NCBI RefSeq assembly: GCF_009914755.1
Contig: NC_060938.1
Strand: one strand, 5' to 3'
DNA: 64,000 nt
Source: the human T2T-CHM13v2.0 reference genome, Homo sapiens
Shown piece after piece: positions 14,121 to 26,617 of the stretch (positions are counted from its first letter, which is position 1; the number at the start of each line of letters is the position of its first letter). Position numbers and translations under genes: made by a program. Under the pieces are notes generated by a model, which did no database searches, had not been told where the DNA came from, and was given only the letters and a program-made list of their open reading frames with translations.

Positions 14121-15484
14121 CAAACAACAACCGATTTTATGTGTCACCAATAACAAAATTAGAGCTTTCAAGTTAACATTAGAATTTTGAAAAACTTGTA
14201 TCTACTATCATAATCCTGACAACTTCACAATACTTAAAGACTTTTCTGATGAGATCACTGAAAATCATCTTTAACGAAGGTGAATTTTTTTTGGTAATGC
14301 ATAAAGAAATGTGTCAGCATTTGGATGATCTGTATAACTCCATGAACCAACGTTGTACTTTCCAAATGACAGATATATGGTACTCCAAAATTATGTATGA
14401 GTCTATCATTAATTACATTTAAACAGACCAATAGAATTTAATATAACAGAGCATAAAAAGCTCTTTGATATGGTTTCAAATTTTACATTACAACTAACCT
14501 TGAAGAAACTACCACTTGTTGAATTTTGTTGTAGAATTAAAGAAGACTATCCCTAAGTATCTGAAAAAGCTATTATAATGCTTCCCTCACTTCCAACTAC
14601 ATAACTATGTGAGGCTCAATTTCCTTCATACACTTCAATCAAAACAACAGATCATGACAAATTGAATACAGAAGCAGACATTAGAATCCAGCTGTCTTCT
14701 AATTTAGGCATTAAAAAAGATTTGCAAAAACATAAAAAAGAATATCATTTTTCTCAGAGGTTTTTTTGGGGAGAACACTTCATTATTTTTTATTATAAAT
14801 ATCTTATTTTCATTATCAAGTAATGAGTATGTGGTTGTTATTTTTAAATGAATAAAGACGTATGTATTCTAAACATTTATTTTAGTTGCTAATATGGTAA
14901 ATACTAATATATATAACCCACATGAGCAAAGCTTTCTGAGTTGTCAATAATTTTTCAGACTGTAAAGAGAGATCCCAAAGTGTGAAAACCACTGCATTAA
15001 ATAATATACCAGGTAGTTAATAGAAATTTCTCAGAAGTTGTTTCAGCCCAGGAAATAGTGAATGATGTTACAGGAGAAATGGCGCCCTTGTTTCAGCACA
15101 GTGAGGAATCCATTGAAATGCCGATCCCAAATCAGGAAGTGACCCTACCCATCATAATAATAAGAATTTCTTTCTTTCGACGAACAGTGTAGTGGCTGAA
15201 CTCTGACCTTGCCAGTGGTGCTCCTGGGTTTTCTTTGTCAGGTCATGCACCAAGCCACAGCCACATCAAGAGGAAATTCAGTTGGGTATTGTCATGCCTG
15301 GCACCTCTGCAGTGAAAGAACCTCCTTCTTAATCCTTTCAGCCCTTGCAAAGTGGAGGTAAGAAACGTATAAACATATTTAGTCCCTAGGTTGCTAACTT
15401 GTCTTGAATGGGAAAAACCCTGGCTCAGTACATGGCACAGAAAGCTCAAAGCTGGGTGTCACTGAACCACACGGAGGTAGTGAC

Positions 15485-15670
15485 CAGGGCCCAACATTTT
15501 ATTCTGTATCTGTGGGTGGCCAAAGGGTCCATGAAAAATTCACAGTGAATCTCCAAATGGTATTCCTTGTGTACATGCATCCATAGTTTTCATCGAGAGT
15601 ATCCATAGTTCTCATCAAGGTCTGACAAAGACCTATACCTTCCCTCCAAAGGGAGTTTAAGGACCATTGA
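15485..15670 (-). mobile_element. Charlie4z-like hAT fragment
   Basis: tccatagttctcatcaagg...tttaaggaccattg terminus. Confidence 0.55.
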
Positions 15671-16039
15671 ATTAATGTTTCATTTAAACAAGTATTTTCA
15701 GCTTATTTTTGCTCCTTCAGAGCTTTGCCTGCTGGTCCATCACCACAGTTAACACACTCTGAAGAATGCACTGTTAGAACTGGTAAGCCTGCCCCATTAG
15801 CCTGAGAGCTCTGGTAAGGTCAGAGACTATGTCCTACCTATCATTAATCTTCTGTTTTTACAAATTGTTTTAGATATAAGTACTCAACAGATTCTGTCAA
15901 ATTAAATTAAATTATCTCATTTACATTTAATCATATGTACAAGCAAAATGTATCCTTTAACTAGGTCTTCCACAAATGACATATGCTCACACAAATATGC
16001 ATATACAAATCACTTTTATATATGTAAAGCAATTGGCCT

Positions 16040-16320
16040 ACATTTATTCATTATCTATCAAGCCTGCGTGTCAAGCCCTGGAGACTGCAGCTAAAAAGGA
16101 GAGATCCTCTCTGCCCTTGATGAGCTCATCATATAGTGGAGGACACAGGAGTAAGAACTCATAAGCACAATGCATTGGGATCCGTGTGCTTTGGGAAACG
16201 CAGGGGACTGTGAGAGCACCAAGTGGAGGAAGTCACCCAACCTGTGGATGCAAGAAGTCAATGGAGGCTTCTAAACAGGGAAACCCAGAAGAGAGGCTTA
16301 CAGGGCAGGGAAACTCATAG
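16040..16320 (-). mobile_element. L2 fragment
   Basis: catttattcatt...ctggagactgcag...ctctgcccttgatgagctcatc. Confidence 0.6.
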
Positions 16321-16519
16321 AAAGAGGACAAATGGAGAATGACTTTCAGAAGCCAAAGAATCACTAGCATGCATAAAAGGAATAGCACAAGAAATCACAG
16401 TATACATTCACACACACACACACTCCTTGCTTTCACACCACCACACATTTGCATTGTATCCTTAGGCAAGTCCTTTCTGCACATGGATCCATATGTAAAA
16501 TTAAAGGGTGGTATCAAAT

Positions 16520-16693
16520 CAATGGTTCTCAAACCTGGTTAGACACTAGACTTTCTCGGGGAACCCAAAAGTATTTTTGCTCAAGCCCCATGCCCAGAGA
16601 TTCTGATTCTGTTGGTCTATGATGGGGTCCAGGCACCACAGTTTGTAAAAAGCTCTGCAAGTGATTCTATCATGATTCTGTTGAGAACCACTG
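16520..16693. mobile_element. MER5A/B hAT MITE
   Basis: TIRs caatggttctcaa ... ttgagaaccactg; cccagagattctgattc core. Confidence 0.85.
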
Positions 16694-17384
16694 GACTAGT
16701 TAGAATGATTTTCCTGCTGGCTTCCTACGTTTCTTCATCCAAGCTTTCAATTATTCTTCTATCCACTAATCACAAAAACTTCTAGCGTATCAGGCATTCT
16801 ATTGGATATTTTCTTAACATAGTAAATTCAGCAGTCCATTCCTGTGCTTGTAGAACTTACAATTTAACACCTGCTTGGACAGATATGTCTCTCACTTGCC
16901 TTTGCCCATTACCTTGTCTTTCCTATACCCTCCTACTACTACCACCTCAGGGTCAGATTATTCTGAATCCTTTAAAGTAGTTATCCAATCTCATACACGC
17001 CCATGTGTGTCTGTGTCTGCACATGTGTGTAACAAGATCCCCATTATACACACACAGGCACACAGATATATGTATGGTTCAAATTGGAGCTGAGGCCACA
17101 CTGTCTTCTGATTAATTTGGTCTCCATAGCAATGTTAATCTTTTATTTCAATTTATGTCTTAACTCTCTTCTAAATGCTATAGGCTTGAAATCAGCTAGA
17201 CTTGCAGCCTCCTGGCTGTGTGGTCATGAGGGTAGATCGCATTGTCTTTGTGCAATTTTCTCATCAACAAGATGAGTGTGGTGATGCTGGTACCACATCT
17301 GACTGAAACAGCTCAGGACCAAGTGAAATCGTGCCTGTGGAAGAGCTTTGTGCACCACAGTGCATTGTGAGAGCACCAGTTACT

Positions 17385-17650
17385 ACAAAAATATAAACAG
17401 GTGCCATTGACGTAGCCCGAGGGAGCACCGTGTTAAGCACGTCACATAGATTATCAGATTTAACTTCCATAGTAGCCCTGTGATGTAGGTAACAAGATCC
17501 CCATTTTATAGATGAGAAAACCTAGACCTTAATGGCTGAAAATAACTTGCTTAATGGTATTGAGCTTGCCAATGGCAGAGTAGAGATTCCACTGCAGATA
17601 ATCTAGTTTCAGTGGCTCTTTGCCTCACCGCCACATGGTAGTGCCTCCCT
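17385..17650 (-). mobile_element. MIR SINE
   Basis: ccccattttatagatgagaaaac...taacttgc...tggcagagtagagattc. Confidence 0.75.
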
Positions 17651-18151
17651 AGATAGGGTTACTAGTGGTCATTTTTTAATTTATAGTTTCTAATGTTCCT
17701 GGGATAGATCAAAGACTCTACATACCACTTGGGCTGCCAGACTGTGGATTCCAGCTAAAGGTTTTATTTTTCAGATCTTTGTTTGATATACTTATATTCA
17801 TGTCTAAACACAATAGCTTTTCCAAATTATGGAAATCACCAATCTTTGTTATTTGTCCAATTTCCTACATTTTGATGTTTACCAAACTGGATTTTATAGT
17901 TGTAGCCCCATGGGGTAGAAAGGGAGACCACCTGGATTAATATCCAGAATCTTGCATTCACTGAGTGACCTTGAGCAAATCAATTGGTTTCTCTGTGCAT
18001 CAGTTGACTTAAAAACCAAGTTGGTTTTGAGGTTTAGAAATAACAGTATAGCAAAATACTTCAACTCATAGTGGAAATTCAATACAATTTCATAGGCATT
18101 TTTTATCTTTGTTTATTAGTATGTGTTATATCTAATGTGCATTAATACTGA

Positions 18152-18523
<372 letters not shown>

Positions 18524-18602
18524 TGTTTACCTTCTTTTTATCATGTTCATTCCATATATCTTGTTACTGGCTTTAAATTTTGGAAAAAGGTAATGTGCAA
18601 AC

Positions 18603-18962
18603 TGATATGGCTTGGCTGTATCCCCACCTTAATCTCATCTTGAATTGTAGCTCCCACAATCCCCATGTGTCATGGGAGGGACCTTATGGGAGGTAATTGA
18701 ATCATGCGGGTGAGTCTTTCCAGTGCTGCTTTTGTGACAGTGAGTAAGTCTCACAAGATCTGATGATTTTATAAAGGGCAGTTCCCCTCACACACTCTCT
18801 TGCCTGCTGCCATGTAAGACTTGCCTTTCCTCCTCTGCCTTCTCCCATGATTGTGAGGCTTCCCCAACCATGTGAAACTGTGAGTACATTAAACCTCTTT
18901 TTCTTTATGAATTACCCAGTCTTGGGTATTTCTTCATAGCAGTATGAAAATGGACTAATACA
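18603..18962 (+). mobile_element. THE1C-like solo LTR
   Basis: tgatatggcttggctgt...aagggcagttcccct...tatgaaaatggactaataca; TSD caaac/ccaac. Confidence 0.92.
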
Positions 18963-20331
18963 CCAACAAATAAGTTAATTGGTTAATAGTTAATTGATGA
19001 GTCTTAAATATAGCTATAAAATAATGCTGCTATTTTGTTAAGCAAACTAGACTCATTGACATTGGCAATATGTTGTTTCATAATGTTAACACATAACATT
19101 CATCCACATTTACCTACCATTTATCAGATGTTTATGGAGCACTTACCATGATGTACAAGACGAAGATCTATAGCCTTGAGATACAAACAACATGAGCAGA
19201 TTGTTCAGAGGCGGAGCTGTTCTGATGGCCTGAAACAATAGGTTGCTAGGCTCCAAGCCTTGGCGAGATGCTTCTGCCCCATCCATATTCTTGGGTTTAG
19301 AGGAGTATCTTGTCTCTTTGAGGGTGGCAATGAGGAATGGCTAGTGTGCCACTAACCAGGCTCCAAATGCAAAGACCAGTGTGAAGAATCAAGGCCCTCA
19401 ATAAAGGAGGAAAGCTTTGCTCAAAAGCATACACTTTGCACACAGGTTCCCCATTCTAATTAAAAGTGAAAGATATCAGGGAAGGGATTATGGACAACCT
19501 GATGAATTTGCCCACATGGGATCCCAGGCTTGGAATATGACCCTCCACTGGCAGCATCCTGTTCCCTGACTCATATTGCTATCTGCCAATGCATGCCCTG
19601 CAGAAGTTATGGCTGATTTGCCATTTCATGGAGGGCTAAGCTTGCAAATGGAGGTCCTAGAAGCCCAGAAAAACTTAGGTGGTCAGCAGAAAGTATGTAA
19701 ATATGAACCAGGAGACACCCACCTCCTCTAGCTCACCCCACAATTAAAAAAAAAAAAGCAACCCAGGTGGGTAGTTTTGTGCTTGGTTTTGTGTTCCAGT
19801 GATTTTAAAAGTACCGTTTCACTTTTGCTTTTTACTATACACTGTTTCATAAAACTTTTTGGAGATCTTGTTATGCCTACAAAATTTTTAAGTTCATATG
19901 AACAAATATGTTTTAAGCTTCTGTTCTAGACGTTTTTTACAATGTTATCTAATTTAAATTTCAGAAAAAAAAAGAACTTAAGGAGTAAGTGTTATTTCTT
20001 CTGTTGTGCATGAGAAAGTTGAGACCCAGGGAGGTGTCAGATTTGTGTCTGGAATCCAGATGAGCCTAAAGCAAAGGTCCATAGGCTTTTTCTATCATGC
20101 TTATTTCAATAACTTTGCCATCACTCAAAACAAGCATGAAACTTCTTTGGAATTCCTTTAGTCAATTTCCAAGCAGGCCATTACCTTAGGAGCATGCCTC
20201 ATCTTTGATTAATAGCTGCATAACTAAGCTCCCATGTTTCAACAATGGCAACCTTATTGAAATGAATATCTGGCTTCCCTTGGTGACTACTTTGAAAGGC
20301 ATAAACTCATTTAGATTAATGCAACCTAAGC

Positions 20332-20541
20332 CAGCTCTGTCCTATAGAATTTTCTATGATGATGGAAATGTTCAATGTCTATGCTGTTTAATGCAATACT
20401 CACGAGTCACAGGTAACTGTTAAACACTTGAAATTTGGCTACCGAGACTACAGAGTTAAAATTTTAAATTTTACTTAATTTTAATGAATTTAAAACTTAA
20501 ACAGCCACCTTTGGCTAGTTGTTACTAGACTGGATAACACA
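20332..20541. mobile_element. MER3 hAT MITE
   Basis: ctgtcctatagaattttctatgatgatggaaatgttc...cacttgaaatttggcta. Confidence 0.8.
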
Positions 20542-20629
20542 TAGTATAAGCTATGTGTTAGTAACAGTAGCAACTGCAACAAAAATAGCCCATTCTGTAA
20601 TCTGTTTTTGGTTTTTTGCATGTGTGAAA

Positions 20630-21125
20630 TTATTTTATCATGGTAATAACACTTATTATGAGATCCACCCTCTTAAAGTTTTAAGTGCACATTACAGTTA
20701 ACTATAGGCACTATGTTGTACAGCAGATCTCTAGAACTTAATTATCTGACTTAACTGAAATTTGATTAGCAGTTCCCCACTTCCCCTCCACCAGCTGTTG
20801 GCAAACACTCTCAGCCTATTGACTGTTGTGGATACTCCATATATATGGAATAATGCAGTATTTCTCCTTTGACTGGCGTATTTCACTTGGTATATTGTCC
20901 TAAAGGTTCATCTATGCCGTCCCATATGGCAGAATTTCCTTCCTTTTTAAGGCTGAATATTATTCCATTGTATGTATACACCACATTTTTATCATCCATT
21001 CATTCATCAGTAAGCAGTTAGGTTGTTTTCATATTTGTCTGTTGTAAATAGCGTTGCAACAAACACAGGAAGGCTAACAGCACTTTAAGATTTTAATTTC
21101 AACTCCTTTGGATAAATACTCAGAA
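20630..21125 (-). mobile_element. L1MA9/10-like LINE-1 3' end
   Basis: aactataggcactatgttgtacagcagatctctagaactt...ggcagaatttccttcctttttaaggctgaata. Confidence 0.88.
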
Positions 21126-21371
21126 GCACATGTGTGTGTTCTGAGAATATGGACTTAGCCACTAGGCTTATTGTCACATATCGTACACAGGCCACGTATT
21201 GTAGAGTGTTAAAACGCATCTCTAGGGGAAATGAAGACCCTCAATACAACGTTAGATTTGTTGCAGAGAACTATAGCATGATGGCCGGGAATAGCCTTTT
21301 ATGGTTTGGAAAGTGAGGCACAGAGAGACACGGCTATGCCCTGGACCAGTCAGTGAGTCAGGATCTCTAAG

Positions 21372-21472
21372 GATAGCCTATACCAACAAAATACATCAGG
21401 CATCACCTTTAGGAGTATATTTTTTCAACTCAATTGTTCATTCAAACAGAAACACACACACACACACACACA

Positions 21473-21505
<33 letters not shown>

Positions 21506-21792
21506 GCAGAGCAATCAAATCGCAATGGATCTCAAACACCTGGCCTGGTCCCTCCACTGTCATTGTTCTTGATGTCACAATCCTGTCACACTCTGCTCCA
21601 GTCTTCCTGCAGACAAGGAGGGACTCACACTTTGGGCAAATTCTAATAAAGCAGTATTCGTTTTCATTGGAGAATTTGGGGAGGAGCTTCCTAGTAGTCT
21701 CAGAGAAATCAGGAACCACACTGGCATTTGAGAAGCAAAGATCCTGATTTCTAAGGTACCCTTGCTAGCACAGAGAAGATTCTGTCCCATTT
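21372..21792 (+). repeat. Local duplication D3, copy a (Alu-free; contains expanded (CA)n(CT)n)
   Basis: Colinear with 23542-24272 once the Alu is removed. Confidence 0.97.
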
Positions 21793-22139
21793 GGAGCCCA
21801 GGTTCCTAACTCTTTCCTTTCATTGTTGTCTGTTCCTCTGCGAGCTGTATAGATAGACCTGTTTCCACTTCAAAAGGATGACCTGCGATTCAACAGCGGC
21901 CCAGCCCACATGTGGTCCTTGAGCTGAGCATCCTGGAACCAGAAGGAGATACTGTGTCCCCAGACAGAAAGGTACCCAAGATCCTGCAGAAGAGAGCACG
22001 TGAGGGTCAAGGCTGGGACAGCAATAACCTTTCCTCATCACCTGCCTGCACCCTTCCATGTTAACATACTGTGAACCGAGCAGAAGTGACAAAACCAATC
22101 CATCACCCCAGAGCCAACACAAAGAGGAATAGAGAGGTT

Positions 22140-22740
22140 AACAGAAATTGATGACATCCCCGCTGGAATTTTACACTGATTCGGCCAGCCCTGCGATTGA
22201 AATAGACAAAGATTTATAGTCCGAGCGAGGACGCTGGCTGCTCTTGATTGCCTTGATTTTTTTTATGCGCTCCTGCATATTTATTCCCAAGCTCATCACC
22301 GGCTTGTAGCATTAGAATGCTGATTTGATTGTACATTCCAAGAGGAGCAGGCATTATGCAGCCATTTGCATGATGTGAGAGAAATCACCAGAACTTTTCT
22401 GATATCAGCGCCAAAATGATCACTAATGTTCACCTGCAAAAGCAGGATTGTGTAATATTTTTTTTTGAAATTCAGATTTCCTTCTGCTTTTTCTCAGCGT
22501 AAAAATAAAAAAGGGGAATTATTCTATATCCTGTGGATGAGAAATTGTGTTTTGTCATGCCTCCGAGGGCTACAGCGGCATCGAGCTTTTATGAATTCGT
22601 TTGATATCAGGGCTGTGCGTTTCGAGTTCCAACACAAATTTTTCCCCCCATGATATTATTACTGAAAGCTTTTATCAGTTCATTGTGACAGCAAATTGAT
22701 AATTATCCTTGACATTTGATGGATAGCTTTCATAAAAGTA
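22140..22740. promoter_or_regulatory. Candidate conserved non-coding enhancer
   Basis: Repeat-free; 16 CpGs counted in 22141-22630 despite AT-rich context; octamer ATTTGCAT (22364-22371), TGATTTGATTG, and CATTGTGACAG (SOX+MEIS-like) at 22681. Confidence 0.5.
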
Positions 22741-23349
22741 CTTTTTTTTTTTTGGATTTCATGTTGCCCTATAAAGCTCCCCCTTACTCCCTCCCCAAAA
22801 AACTTTCTCAAGACACGAAAAGAATTTCTCAGTTCTCCTGGAAACCTTCCTCTAGGCATCTGCAGTGGAGGATCAAGTGCCTAAGAAAAAAAGTTAAAGG
22901 GAAGCCACAGATCTGGACTTGCTGTTTCCTCTGCCCTGCACCTGCCAATGAGAACTTAGAATGCACCCAAGAGACAGGCCCCTGGGACTCTCAGATAAGA
23001 TTCTGAGCCTGATCTATTCCACGATTTTATATTTTATCACCATGAGCAATTCTAAGTATGACCATACATGAGAAAACATAGACAGGATACTTTTTTAAAA
23101 TTCTGTTAGAATTTTCTTAATTCTAGAATTAAATTGTTAATTTCAGTGCCTCAAATAATTATATCAAGGGCAAATGTATTATTTTCCAAATATTTAAGCA
23201 CTTTTTGAAATGTGACACTTTTTAGACTCCAGTCTGCCTTCAAAGAATGTTTAAGTAACATGTGACCTTTTGCTATATCAGTTAGAGAGTCTATCCATTA
23301 ACTAGAATGTAATAGTCAGAACGCTTTGCTTTCTTTGCAGTGTTCACTC

Positions 23350-23535
23350 TCAGTGTATCATTGTCATAACCGTGTGAGACAGATGGTTTTATCCTTTCTT
23401 GCCAGAAGAGAAAGGTTTGGAGAGTTAAAGTAACTTAACACAGGTCCATGATAGAGACCTGTGCATGGTAGAGACAGACGTAGAACCACAAGGCTCTGAC
23501 TTGAAATCCAGTGTTCATCCGCCGCGTCACATTCC
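23350..23535 (-). mobile_element. MIR SINE
   Basis: ggagagttaaagtaacttaacacaggtc...ctctgacttgaaatccagtg. Confidence 0.65.
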
Positions 23536-23541
23536 CTCCTC

Positions 23542-24272
23542 GATAGCCTATTCCAATAGAAATATATCAGGCAGGCCGGGCACAGTGGCTCACGCCTGTA
23601 ATCCTAGCACTTTGGGGGGACGAGAGGCGGGGGTTGCCTGAGCTCAAGCGTTCGAGACCAGCCTGGGCAACACTGTGTGAAACCCCGTCTCTATTAAAAT
23701 ACAAAAAAAAAAATTAGCCAGGGCTTGGCGGCAGGCACCGGTAATCCCAGCTGCTTGGGAGGCTGAGGCACGAGAATCGCTTGAACCCGGGAGGCGGAGG
23801 TTGCACTGAGCCAAGATCGCGCCACTCACTCCAGCCTGGGCGACGGAGAGGGACTCTGTCTCAAAACAAACGAACAAAAAACGAGAAATACACCAGGCAT
23901 CACCTTTAGGAATGTATTTTTTTTTTCAACTCAGTTATTTACTCAAACAGAGAAGCACACACATACACACTTTGTCTCTCATAGGCTGAACAATCAAACC
24001 ACAATGGATCTCAAACACCTGGCTCAGTCCCTCCACTGTCATTGTTCTTGACGTCACAATCCTGTCACACTCTGCTCCAGTCTTCCTGCAGACAAGGAGG
24101 GACTCACACTTTGTGCAAATTCTAGCAAAGTAGTATTAGTTTTCATTGGAGAATTTGGGGAGCAGCTTCCTAATAGTCTTACAGAAATCAGGAACCCCAT
24201 TGGCATTTGAAAAGCAAAAATTCTCATTTTTAAGGTATCCTTGCTAACACAGAGTCAGCAGGTGTCCCATTT
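23542..24272 (+). repeat. Local duplication D3, copy b (with Alu insertion)
   Basis: Colinear with 21372-21792. Confidence 0.97.
23574..23883 (+). mobile_element. AluS (AluSg7-like)
   Basis: ttgcctgagctca...cagcctgggcaacac diagnostic; TSD agaaatatatcaggca (23558-23573) / agaaatacaccaggca (23884-23899). Confidence 0.9.
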
Positions 24273-24914
24273 CACCTGCACAACAACGTTAAGAGGAGAA
24301 AGTCCAGCTCCCTTCTATAGATGAGGCCATTAAGTCTCCGAGATGTTCAGTGACTAGCTCAAAATCTTTCCAGGGGAGGGCCATAGATTTAAGTACGTGT
24401 CTTCAGGATTCCTTGCTCAATCTCTAGTACTGGAGAGTTACAGTTAGGGTTCATACCCCTTTAAAGAGCTTTTAGGTTTTGCTAGGCATTTAAATTACTT
24501 TCTGTGAGATTCACTGACATTTCTAACTGAAGCAGAACGTTGCTATTCCATAAAAGATCAACTTTATCTAGGACTCTAATGATACACACACGGTCATTCA
24601 CAGAAGTCTTACTTACTTAGGGAAAATCACTGAGATCACGTCACAGGGGAATGAGAAAGTCACAGATTTTCCTTACTTTCCCCATGACCTCACTTTATGC
24701 CTGTCAGAGAATGCACTTGTTCCTACAGTCCCTTAGGGGTGTTATAATGAGGGCTGATAGTGTATTAGAATTAATAGGAACAGTGGGAGTCTAAGAAAAA
24801 AGGAGACTTAAAATAGTTCATTAAGTGTAGGAGGTAGAAAACTTTATTTGATGAATCAAATGGTCTTCATTAAAAGTGAACTTTTCCAAGGAACTAGAAA
24901 TTCCACTTAAAAAT

Positions 24915-25325
24915 ACATTTTTTTTCTGATTGAGAGAGAAATTAATATATGATCATTATAGAAATTTTGGAACATAAAGAAATGCATTCCACACAAAAAA
25001 AATCACTTGTAATTTATGACTGTAAGATAACCACAAGAAATGTGTTTCCTGGCAAGACTGTCTTTTTTCCTAAGTGTTTATGTTTGCATCTGTGAACTAC
25101 CAAGTTAGAATCATATGGTATTTATTGTTTTTTATACTGTGTTTTTAAAAATATATTTAGCATTGCATCTAGAGTCTAGATATTAAATAGTCTCTGAAAA
25201 CTTGGCATTTAATGGCTACATAATCATCATTTGGCCTTAGCATGACATATATTTTTGTTTTATATCTGTTACTCCACTATTAACAAACAATTAAGTTGCT
25301 TTTAGTTTTCCTGGCTATAGCATGC
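24915..25325 (-). mobile_element. Old L1ME-like fragment
   Basis: cattatagaaattttggaac...tttaatggctacataat...ttaagttgcttttagtttt. Confidence 0.5.
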
Positions 25326-25539
25326 TTTGATGTCTAAGCTGCATGAGTCCCCTTGGGAGACTGACTTTTTTATTCCATTTTGGAGTAGAGGAAATAAAAG
25401 TCAAATTCATGATTTTCCTAAAACCATCAAGTATGTGGTAAGAAAACAGGCAGGACTCGAACATGAGTGTTTTCACTTCAAGGCCAATTGGCCTGTGAGA
25501 GATGAAGTTTCGGTAATGGTACTTGGAAGAAATTCTCTT

Positions 25540-25800
25540 AACAGTGCAAAAACATGAGCTTTGGAATCAGATATCTGAATCTGAACAAAAAGCAAAACGC
25601 TTGTGTTTAAATCTTCATTCCTTACCGGGTCTGTCCCCTTGAACACATGCCTTCACTTGAGGCCCATTTTACCATCTATAGAACAGGTATTTTTACCCTC
25701 ATGGTGTTGTTATGAGGATTAAATAAAGTGAGACATATTTTTAAATACCTTGGCAATGTGAAGTGTGAAGTAGGCTTTTAATGAATTACCGCTGTTAGGA
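25540..25800 (+). mobile_element. MIR SINE
   Basis: gagctttggaatcagat...catctatagaac...tgttatgaggattaaataa. Confidence 0.75.
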
Positions 25801-26304
25801 TCGCTACTAATATTGCATCAAATAGTCAATAGCAAGCAGAGTAGTCTTTCCTCATGAATGTCTAATATGTGAAAACTTGAATTCTATTATGTGTATTGTA
25901 TCTCATTTAAAGTTTAAAGCCTTTAATAGACAGTAGAATAACAGATTTCAAAACAATGAGTTCTCCACAACCCTTGGACCATGACCCCTGGACGGCAGCA
26001 GAAAGAGAATGATACAAATTGTGGGAATGGAGAACCTAAGACCAGCTTGCTCTAGCCCAGCAGAGAACATGTCAAGGGTAAGTTCCAAACAGATAAAGTG
26101 TCTGCTTCAGAAATTACACCTATGTGCCTGGAACAGAACTGCCTGGAAGTAAATGTTTCATTTCCCTAACTTACCCCTTAAAATTAGGTACTCAATCACT
26201 TGGCAATTGTAGAATTTTTGTTCCTTTGTACAGAATAACAACTATATATATATATACACACTCACACATACATATATGTATTTATATACACCTTATATCT
26301 AAAA

Positions 26305-26617
26305 CTGCAGTGTCCAATATGTTAACCTCTAGCCACAGACACCCAGGGAGCTTTGAAATATAGTGAACCCAAACAGAGATGCGTGGTAAGTGTAAAAATC
26401 ACACCCAATTTTTAAGACTTATTAGGAAAAAATGATATGAAACATCTCCTTAATATCTTTCATATTGATTATGTGTTAGAATGATAACACATTGTGTGGA
26501 ATGAATACATTATTAAAATTAATTGAAGCTGGGTTTTTTTTTTTACCTGTTTTAAAGTGCTACTAAACAACTTAAAATTGTGTGCATTTCAAATTATATT
26601 TCAACTGGGCAGCATTG
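26305..26617. mobile_element. MER33 hAT MITE
   Basis: gtgtccaatatg...gtaagtgtaaaaatcacacc...catattgattatgtgttagaatgataa. Confidence 0.82.

Larger units (their letters stand above)
12855..14994. mobile_element. Charlie1-family hAT DNA transposon fossil, interrupted by AluJ, MLT1D and a 77-bp local copy
   Basis: gaggtcaaaa...tgttgacatttgcactg...ggtgggcaaaact...agaaactaccacttgttgaattttg...gaagcagacattagaatccagctgtcttc...gaaaaccactg terminus. Confidence 0.85.

Noticed and set aside
15579-15616. 22-bp-period duplication in Charlie4z (similar small triplication at 43340-43383 in MER3)
   Set aside because: Ordinary slippage within dead transposons
21301-21747. Longest ORF (148 aa)
   Set aside because: Runs through a MIR fragment and the (CA)n(CT)n microsatellite (THTH/LSLS); no recognisable domain
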